This document shows, in pieces, positions 57,186-64,000 of a DNA stretch of 64,000 nucleotides. This stretch comes from Candidatus Zixiibacteriota bacterium. Lineage in GTDB: Bacteria; Zixibacteria; MSB-5A5; GN15; JAAZOE01. A program made the position numbers and the translations under genes. A model generated the notes under the pieces. That model ran no database searches, had not been told where the DNA came from, and was given only the letters and a program-made list of their open reading frames with translations. The first letter of the stretch is position 1; every line of letters begins with the position of its first letter. Location: contig JAGLON010000032.1 in NCBI GenBank assembly GCA_023138975.1, positions 12,903 through 76,902 on the forward strand, in the 5' to 3' direction.

Positions 57186-57817
57186 GCAGGCCTCCTTTGT
57201 TTCGTAATTATAACTTGCGCCAAATAAATATTATCGATAATGATTGCGCTTAATGACCTCTATATTATATACGATTTATAATCCTGTAAATTGGCTATCC
57301 AAAGCGAATATTATGGTGTCGTTTTTCGATACAAATTTACCATGCCTTAATAAATTGATCGCATCCAGCATGATTACATGAATATTTTACTTGACACATG
57401 ACGGTATTTTATTCATTTTATAAATAGTACGTGAGAACGTCTTACATCATTACGGTTTTCATCTCATGTACGTTCCAACTGGATTATGCACGACAACTTA
57501 ATTGATTATCAGGTGGGTGTTACGGTTCCTCATCTTTTGGTTTTGGCCTGAAAAACTGCTTTTCTTCGGCCCGATTGAATATTTGGATCGGCATTGCCGA
57601 CATGAGTTGTTCAGTCTGTTAGAGAATATGTCGATTCTCGAGACCAGTGGTACTGCGACCGGGGCTGAAATACCTGACTTATCTATAGATGCAAAAGACT
57701 CTTGATGTAGTCTGCCGTCTATAATTATGACAAAAATTTAATATATATATATCCAGACTATGAGTGGGGCCGATGAAGAACTCTGGCAGAACTCACCATC
57801 AATCGGGGGAATAATTA

Positions 57818-59080
57818 ATGATAAATACAAATATGCCTATTCTGGTAATTGGCGGAGGAATCGCAGGGATAACTGCCGCGGTAGATGCCGCCGAAGTCGG
57901 GTACCGAGTAATTCTCGTGGAAAAAGAGGCTTATCTTGGTGGACGGGTTCTGCGTATGTATCGATATTTTCCTAAAATGTGTCCTCCCACATGCGGTTTC
58001 GAAATTAACAGTCGGCGAATACGGCAAAATCCAAGAATCACCGTGCATACTCTGGCAACGGTCGATGAAATTACCGGTGTGGCCGGGAGCTATACGGCCA
58101 AAATAAAACTCCAGCCGCGATACGTTACTGGTGAACACGCCATCAAAGATACCATCATAAATAAACTTACGTCTGAAAGAGCTAATGATTTCAACTATGG
58201 TTTGGATACGACTAAGGCGCTTTATATGCCGCATGATATGGCCTATCCTCCATCATATGTACTTGATCGCACAGCATTGAGTGAGGATGATGAGCAGATG
58301 CTAAAGGCCGAGTGCCCTCCCGGAGCAATTGATTTCAATATGACTGAAAAAGAAATCACTGTTAAGGCGGGCGCTATTATAGTCGCCACCGGATGGCGTC
58401 CATACGACGCCAATAATCTGGATAATCTTGGTTATGGAATTTGTAAAAACGTTATTACCAATGTTATGATGGAGCGGCTGGCGGCAAAAAGCGGCTCTGC
58501 TGGCGGTGAAATCACCCGGCCTTCAGACGGTAAAAAAATCGAAAACATTGCCTTCGTTCAATGCGCTGGTTCCCGCGATAAAAACCATCTTCCGTATTGC
58601 TCAGCAGTATGCTGCATGGCATCACTTAAACAGGCCCGGTATATCAGAGAGAAAAATCCTGATGCCACAGTCACTATATTCTATATCGATATCCGTACTA
58701 TCGGGCGGGAGGAAAAATTCTATTACGAGATGCTGGAAGACTCAAATGTCCAGTTTATAAAAGGTAAAGTTGCCAAAATAACTCAAGCCTCTGATGACCA
58801 CAGTCTGGTATTGGATGTTGAGGACACTCTCTCTCGGGAAAAACTGCATTCAGGATTTGACATGGCTGTTCTGGCTACCGGTATGGTTCCCAATACGGCC
58901 GATGCCAAACTACCGTATAAAACTGCTTATGATGAGTACGGGTTCATTGACGCCGCCAAAAATACTGATGGTATCTATGCCGTCGGGTGTGCCAGCCGTC
59001 CTTGCGATGTCTCCCGTGCCTCAAAAGCAGGTACCGGTGCCGCTCTAAAAGCAATTCAATGCATGATGGGGGGGGAGTAA
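57818..59080 (+). CDS. qmoA: HdrA-like flavoprotein, QmoA-type
   Basis: 420 aa. ILVIGGGIAGITAA FAD motif, YLGGR...YFPKMCPPTC, and the HdrA Fe-S block CAGSRD...YCSAVCCM. Size matches QmoA. Confidence 0.75.
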   Translation: MINTNMPILVIGGGIAGITAAVDAAEVGYRVILVEKEAYLGGRVLRMYRYFPKMCPPTCGFEINSRRIRQNPRITVHTLATVDEITGVAGSYTAKIKLQPRYVTGEHAIKDTIINKLTSERANDFNYGLDTTKALYMPHDMAYPPSYVLDRTALSEDDEQMLKAECPPGAIDFNMTEKEITVKAGAIIVATGWRPYDANNLDNLGYGICKNVITNVMMERLAAKSGSAGGEITRPSDGKKIENIAFVQCAGSRDKNHLPYCSAVCCMASLKQARYIREKNPDATVTIFYIDIRTIGREEKFYYEMLEDSNVQFIKGKVAKITQASDDHSLVLDVEDTLSREKLHSGFDMAVLATGMVPNTADAKLPYKTAYDEYGFIDAAKNTDGIYAVGCASRPCDVSRASKAGTGAALKAIQCMMGGE

Positions 59081-59084
59081 AGTC

Positions 59085-61355
59085 ATGGAAGATATAATTG
59101 GTGTCTTTATTTGTACCGGATACGGCATTGCCGATGCACTTGACATAGAAGCTCTGAAAAAAGTTGTTTCCGATGAATGCAATGTCCCGTTCTGTCAAAC
59201 TATTGAATCATGCGAGCCATCCGATTTGAATAAAGTTATTGAGGAGATTAGTAACGCCAACTTAAATAAAGTTGTTATTGCCGGAGTGTCTGCCCGCCAT
59301 TACGATGATAAGCTCTTTCCCAAAAACGTACAGGTTGAAAAAGTATCACTTCGGGAACATGTTATTTGCTGCCAGCCGCCTAATGATGAAGACACTCAAA
59401 TGATGGCTGAAGATTACCTTCGTATGTACATCGCCAAAATTAAAGAAGTAGAGCGTCCTGAACCGATTCAGCTGGATGAGGTAATAGATAAAAGTATCCT
59501 GGTTGTTGGCGGAGGTATTACTGGTTTGACGGCCGCCATAGATTCGGCTAAAGCCGGATACCATGTCAGGCTGGTAGAAAAATCGGACCGATTCGGAGGG
59601 TGGCTCGCCAAGCAACACAAATCAATACCGACAAAACCTCCGTATCGGGAGCTTGAGGAGACTGGTGTCGAGGCACTGGTTGAAGAAGTCACATCGCATC
59701 CTCGTATTAAAACCTATATCTCCGCAAAAACCGCAAAGATAGATGGGGCGCCAGGTCTGTTTGATGTAACGTTACAATCCTCAAACGGCTCTTCCAATGG
59801 CGATACGCTGGATACCTTTCGGGTCGGGGCGATAATTCAGGCAACAGGTTGGGAATCAGTTGATCCACGAGGATCGCTATCCTACGGTAGCATGGACAAT
59901 GTCATTCGAAACATTGATTTGGAAGAAATGGTTAAAAAACAGGGAAGAATCACAAGACCATCGGATGGTAGGGAAGTTTCACGCATCGCCTTTATTCAAT
60001 GTGGCGGTTCCCGCGCCAAAGAACACCATTCGTACTGCTCATCGATTTGCTGTCTGACATCATTGAAACAGGCGATGTATTTACGCGAGATGAATACCGA
60101 TGCCAAGGCATATATCTTTTATGAATTTATGCGAACTCCGGGTCATTATGAGGATTTTTACCTGCGGGTTCAGGATGATCCTGGAGTCTTTTTGACTAAA
60201 GGCGATGTGGTCGATGTTGCCAGTCAGGAAAACGGAGATTTACTCCTGACAGTCGATAACACTATGCCTGGGAAAAAGATTCAGGTTAAAGTTGATTTAA
60301 TAGTACTGGCCGCGGGCATGAAACCTAATTCTGCCGACGGCGAGGCTATCAGGCAATTAGAGGATGCGAAGGTAGCGAGTGAAAAAGGCGATTCGGAAAT
60401 CCAGCGTACAGAGGCGGCTGCAAAAGTTGAAACATTAAAACAGCATAACGGCACAGAAATCCTCAACCTCAATTACCGTCAGGGACCTGATCTGCCCAGC
60501 CTGCAATATGGATTCCCGGACTCCCATTTCATTTGTTTCCCGTATGAAACGCGCCGGACAGGAATATATACCGCAGGATCTGTCCGACAGCCAATGGATG
60601 GTATCAGTAGTCGAGAAGATGCGGCCGGGGCTGCTCTCAAGGCCATACAATGCATGGAGATGACAAGTCGGGGCGAGGCCGTGCATCCTCGGGCCGGTGA
60701 CATCTCGTATCCTGAATTCTTTTTACAAAAGTGCACACAATGCAAGCGTTGCACTGAGGAGTGCCCGTTTGGAGTATTAAACGAAGATGAAAAAGGGACG
60801 CCGCTTTTGCAGGCTTCACGATGCCGCAGATGCGGTGTTTGTCTGGGCGCTTGTCCCGAGAGAATCGTTTCTTTCAAGGACTACTCAATCAATATCATCA
60901 CGGCCATGATTAAGGCTGTCGAAATTCCTGACGAGTTCGATGAAAAACCGCGCATCCTGGCATTTTTATGTGAAAATGACGCTTTCCCGGCGATGGATCT
61001 TATGGGGCAACATGGGCTTTCCTATAACCCCTATGTTCGGGTAATACCGGTTCGTTGTCTGGGATCGATTAATACTGTTTGGGTTACCGAAGCGATTTCG
61101 GCCGGTTACGATGGCATTATTCTGATCGGGTGTAAATACGGTGACGACTATCAATGTCATTTTATAACAGGAAGTGAATTAGCCAATTCCCGCGGCGAAA
61201 ATATCCGGGAGAAATTAGAACAAATGGCGATGGAAAATCAGCGCGTGGAAATCCATCAGCTACAAATCTCGGACTATGATAAACTTCCGGAAATATTCAA
61301 CAAATTCCAGGAGGTTATCGAGGAATTCGGCATGAATCCATTTAAGGGAATGTAA
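59085..61355 (+). CDS. qmoB: HdrA-like flavoprotein with 2x[4Fe-4S] ferredoxin and MvhD-like C-terminal domains, QmoB-type
   Basis: 756 aa. VVGGGITGLTAA, CGGSRAKEHHSYCSSICC, CTQCKRCTEECP and CRRCGVCLGACP. MvhD-like LAFLCENDAFPAMD...RCLGSIN...GILLIGC-type block. Confidence 0.75.
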   Translation: MEDIIGVFICTGYGIADALDIEALKKVVSDECNVPFCQTIESCEPSDLNKVIEEISNANLNKVVIAGVSARHYDDKLFPKNVQVEKVSLREHVICCQPPNDEDTQMMAEDYLRMYIAKIKEVERPEPIQLDEVIDKSILVVGGGITGLTAAIDSAKAGYHVRLVEKSDRFGGWLAKQHKSIPTKPPYRELEETGVEALVEEVTSHPRIKTYISAKTAKIDGAPGLFDVTLQSSNGSSNGDTLDTFRVGAIIQATGWESVDPRGSLSYGSMDNVIRNIDLEEMVKKQGRITRPSDGREVSRIAFIQCGGSRAKEHHSYCSSICCLTSLKQAMYLREMNTDAKAYIFYEFMRTPGHYEDFYLRVQDDPGVFLTKGDVVDVASQENGDLLLTVDNTMPGKKIQVKVDLIVLAAGMKPNSADGEAIRQLEDAKVASEKGDSEIQRTEAAAKVETLKQHNGTEILNLNYRQGPDLPSLQYGFPDSHFICFPYETRRTGIYTAGSVRQPMDGISSREDAAGAALKAIQCMEMTSRGEAVHPRAGDISYPEFFLQKCTQCKRCTEECPFGVLNEDEKGTPLLQASRCRRCGVCLGACPERIVSFKDYSINIITAMIKAVEIPDEFDEKPRILAFLCENDAFPAMDLMGQHGLSYNPYVRVIPVRCLGSINTVWVTEAISAGYDGIILIGCKYGDDYQCHFITGSELANSRGENIREKLEQMAMENQRVEIHQLQISDYDKLPEIFNKFQEVIEEFGMNPFKGM

Positions 61356-61402
61356 ATGATGAGTCAAGGGCCAGCGACTGTCTGAGCCCGGAGGAAAAAA
61401 CT

Positions 61403-62641
61403 GTGGATACATCTGAGAGAACTGAGCAGAAAGCAATTGAAACGACTCAAAAAGAACCCGATTCTTCCGTCATCGAAGAGGAGGCTGTTTACATTGAGCC
61501 GGATGTTGATTTCATCATTGCCCTGAGAAAGCAGGGGGGAGATACTCTCAAAAAGTGTATGCAATGTGGTACTTGTTCAGCAACCTGTGGATTGTCTCCT
61601 GATACAGCGCCATTCCCCGGAAAGGAAATGGCCTGGGCTTCATGGGGTATGAAAGAACGTCTTCTCAATGATCCCGATGTCTGGCTTTGTTATCATTGCA
61701 ATGACTGTTCCACCAGATGTCCTCGGGGAGCCAAGCCGGCCGATGTGCTGGCCGTCGTCAGGCAGGAGAGTGTTATCAATAATGCCTTTCCACGGTTTTT
61801 TGCTCGTTGGATAAATCAGCCTCAATGTATTCCATTGCTCCTTGGTATCCCTACTCTTCTGCTTACACTGGCTCTTTATTTCAAAGATTCCCTCGGTGAG
61901 GCTCTGGGTATGTCTATACCAACAGGCGATGGTATTATCTATTCGTATTCCCATGTTTTTCCTCATTGGTTATTGAATAGTTTCTTCTTCTTTTTCAGCG
62001 CTCTGGCTCTGATTGTTACTATTATTGGCGGAGTCCGCTTTTGGAAAATTCTCGATTCTTCTGTCGCGTACCGAATTGATAAATCCCAGCCAAGAAGTCT
62101 GTTAAAGAGCTGTCTGAAAGTACTCGGCAATATTATTACCCATGATGACTTCAGTACTTGTGTGGCATCAAGATCCCGGTTCTACTCTCACATGTGTGTG
62201 CTATTTGGGTTCGGTGCGTTGACTTTTGTCACCATATGGGTCATAACTTCAAGCATTAATCCCCTCGCCGCAGGCGACTTTATATATCCTTTCAACTTCT
62301 TTAGCCCTTGGAAAATCTTGGCTAATATCGGCGGTGTTTCCCTGCTTACGGGAGTTTTCATCATGATTTGGGAGCGAGGCAAGGAAAATGAACAAATTGG
62401 TACCGGAGTTTACTTTGACTGGGCGTTTCTTTTTGCTTTAATATTGGTCGTCGTCACCGGATTTGCGACAGAAATATTGCACTATATCAGGTTGGAACCG
62501 CATCGGCATATTGCCTACTTCATTCATCTGGTCTTTGTCTTTACCCTGCTGATGTATCTGCCGTACTCCAAATTCGCACACATGATTTATAGGACAATCG
62601 CCAAGGTGTACGCTGAATATTCTGGGCGAAAGGTAAAATAA
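61403..62641 (+). CDS. qmoC: HdrC-like Fe-S domain fused to an HdrE/NarI-like membrane cytochrome b domain, QmoC-type
   Basis: 412 aa with a GTG start after GGAGGA. CMQCGTCSATC and CYHCNDCSTRCP motifs followed by multiple TM helices with conserved His. Confidence 0.7.
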   Translation: MDTSERTEQKAIETTQKEPDSSVIEEEAVYIEPDVDFIIALRKQGGDTLKKCMQCGTCSATCGLSPDTAPFPGKEMAWASWGMKERLLNDPDVWLCYHCNDCSTRCPRGAKPADVLAVVRQESVINNAFPRFFARWINQPQCIPLLLGIPTLLLTLALYFKDSLGEALGMSIPTGDGIIYSYSHVFPHWLLNSFFFFFSALALIVTIIGGVRFWKILDSSVAYRIDKSQPRSLLKSCLKVLGNIITHDDFSTCVASRSRFYSHMCVLFGFGALTFVTIWVITSSINPLAAGDFIYPFNFFSPWKILANIGGVSLLTGVFIMIWERGKENEQIGTGVYFDWAFLFALILVVVTGFATEILHYIRLEPHRHIAYFIHLVFVFTLLMYLPYSKFAHMIYRTIAKVYAEYSGRKVK

Positions 62642-62642
62642 A

Positions 62643-63017
62643 ATGAATATTAAAAATATAATACAATGCCGGATCGGTTTCTTCGCGGCATTATTGGCAA
62701 TCATTATTATTATTTATCCCCTCGGGTACAGTCTCACCGATTATGCGATCGCTAATGATAGGGCCGAGGCTCAGCCGTTTCTGGAGCGGACTGCGCCGGA
62801 AATCACAGATTGTGTGGAGGATACGATTTACATGCGCTATCACCATTGGGAACTTCTCGGAAAAATACGGGAAGAAATCGTGCGCTATGGAAAGCGTGGT
62901 GATGTTAGCCTCGATACATGTAAGAAATGCCATACCAGTAGAGTGAAGTTTTGCAACAAGTGCCATGATGCTATTAGCATGACTCCCGATTGTTTCGGGT
63001 GCCATTATTATCCTTAA
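62643..63017 (+). CDS. Membrane-anchored triheme cytochrome c, DsrJ-like
   Basis: 124 aa with one N-terminal TM helix and three CXXCH motifs (CKKCH, CNKCH, CFGCH). It starts 1 nt after the qmoC stop. Confidence 0.6.
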   Translation: MNIKNIIQCRIGFFAALLAIIIIIYPLGYSLTDYAIANDRAEAQPFLERTAPEITDCVEDTIYMRYHHWELLGKIREEIVRYGKRGDVSLDTCKKCHTSRVKFCNKCHDAISMTPDCFGCHYYP

Positions 63018-63075
63018 GAATGAACGCAGGACAGGTTGTCGTCAAATATTTTAATATTCGGAAGGAAAGGTTGAC

Positions 63076-63816
63076 ATGGATAGACGGGACTTTATGAAAA
63101 TGACGGGAGGAACAATTCTGGCCGTTTCCTCGGGTACATATGCGTTCCAATTCCTGGTTGCATCCGGGCGTTCTGTGTCAGGTGATAATATCGCTGCTGG
63201 TACAGTTAGATGGGGAATGGTTATTGATTTAAATAAATGTATCGAAGGCTGCACCGCCTGTCTGGATGCCTGTCGGACTGAGAATAATGTGGCTTTTCAC
63301 GGTGATAACCGTTGGGATGTCCACTGGATACGAAAAGTCAAAGCTGAGCAAAAAATCGGAACTGAGTCTAAGGAAAAGTCAATCCTCCTCCTCTGTAATC
63401 ATTGCGATAAACCACCATGCGCTCAGGTCTGCCCGGTACAGGCAACATATAAGCGAAATGATGGTATCGTAATTGTCGATCACCATCGTTGCATTGGATG
63501 CCGCTACTGCATGATTGCCTGTCCCTATAACGCCCGCTATTTTAATATGAAGGATAGCGAACACTGGCAAAACGAGGAGCGTCCGAAACGTTCGCACGGG
63601 GTCGCCGAAGCTTGTACTCTCTGTGCCCACCGACTTGACACCGGAAGACAACCGGCCTGTGTTGAGGCCTGTAACAATACCGGAGCCGGAGTATTGTTTG
63701 TTGGCAACTTAAATGACAGCGACAGTGAAGTTTCTCAGTTGATTGCAGACCGTCCCACAAAACGTCTGCGGGAAGAATTGGGAACAGAGCCAAAAGTCCA
63801 TTATATCGGCCTTTAA
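63076..63816 (+). CDS. Periplasmic (Tat-exported) 4x[4Fe-4S] ferredoxin-type subunit, DsrO/PsrB/NrfC-like
   Basis: 246 aa. Twin-arginine signal MDRRDFMKM. Four Cys clusters (CIEGCTACLDAC, CNHCDKPPCAQVCP, CIGCRYCMIACP, CTLCAHR...CVEAC). Confidence 0.8.
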   Translation: MDRRDFMKMTGGTILAVSSGTYAFQFLVASGRSVSGDNIAAGTVRWGMVIDLNKCIEGCTACLDACRTENNVAFHGDNRWDVHWIRKVKAEQKIGTESKEKSILLLCNHCDKPPCAQVCPVQATYKRNDGIVIVDHHRCIGCRYCMIACPYNARYFNMKDSEHWQNEERPKRSHGVAEACTLCAHRLDTGRQPACVEACNNTGAGVLFVGNLNDSDSEVSQLIADRPTKRLREELGTEPKVHYIGL

Positions 63817-63836
63817 TTAAGTCGCTAGGAGTAAAT

Positions 63837-64000
63837 ATGGAAATCATATTTGAAAAACTAGAGGGAAAATCACTCGCCTATCGCATGGCGATGCTGGTGT
63901 TTGCGGCCTTTGCAGTTGGGGGGTTGATTTCCACTTGGATAGTCATTGAAAAAGGCATCTGTGTTACCGGTATGACCAACCGAGTTCCCTGGGGACTACA
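63837..64000 (+). CDS. NrfD/PsrC-family integral membrane quinone-interacting subunit, DsrP-like (partial, runs off window)
   Basis: AGGAG RBS and ATG at 63837. MEIIFEKLEGKS...GMTNRVPWGL is the typical NrfD-family N-terminus. No stop before the window end. Confidence 0.65.
   Translation, partial: MEIIFEKLEGKSLAYRMAMLVFAAFAVGGLISTWIVIEKGICVTGMTNRVPWGL

Noticed and set aside
57584-57597. TGGATCGGCATTGC, a sigma54-like motif upstream of qmoA
   Set aside because: The spacing between the GG and GC dinucleotides is too short relative to the invariant -24/-12 spacing, so it should not function.
57502-57705. 67-aa ORF in the long non-coding region upstream of qmoA
   Set aside because: It has no RBS, an odd composition (W/F-rich start) and no motif. 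It is more likely part of a 5' regulatory or UTR region.

Overview
This 64-kb window reads like a chromosomal segment of an uncultivated, anaerobic, Gram-negative bacterium of the FCB-type (Fibrobacteres-Chlorobi-Bacteroidetes) radiation. Supporting features are a T9SS-type C-terminal sorting domain, a CarboxypepD_reg-type TonB-dependent receptor, gingipain-like C25 and S8 proteases, a glycyl-radical enzyme and a Qmo/Dsr-type membrane redox cluster. Ordinary blocks: pilT plus a c-di-GMP-receptor-like gene (1-2.4 kb), and an eight-gene, translationally coupled trpEGDCFBA + DAHP synthase operon (26.8-34.2 kb) preceded by a Trp-codon leader peptide and two intrinsic terminators. Unusual blocks: (i) a 2.4-kb inverted-repeat-bounded IS1-family element carrying cargo (two aberrant tRNA-like genes, two small ORFs, near-leaderless promoters), with a third solo repeat copy 11.9 kb away. 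(ii) An ECF sigma / unknown 196-aa protein / TPR-CHAT protease / S8 protease cassette with no CRISPR-Cas nearby. (iii) A roughly 70-aa four-Cys module that I cannot assign to a family, present twice in the S8 protease and six times in a T9SS-anchored protein. Alongside it, four secreted proteins share a near-identical Cys-bearing dockerin-like C-terminus, which suggests a scaffoldin/dockerin-like surface assembly. (iv) A 1377-aa kinase-like / TPR / GAF / sigma54-activator fusion flanked by -24/-12-like promoter motifs. (v) A thrombospondin-type-3 protein with about 29 repeats, encoded partly by a 7 x 177-nt tandem DNA array. (vi) qmoABC in one operon with dsrJOP-like genes. All domain calls come from motif recognition by eye. 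No database search, HMM search or RNA folding could be run.
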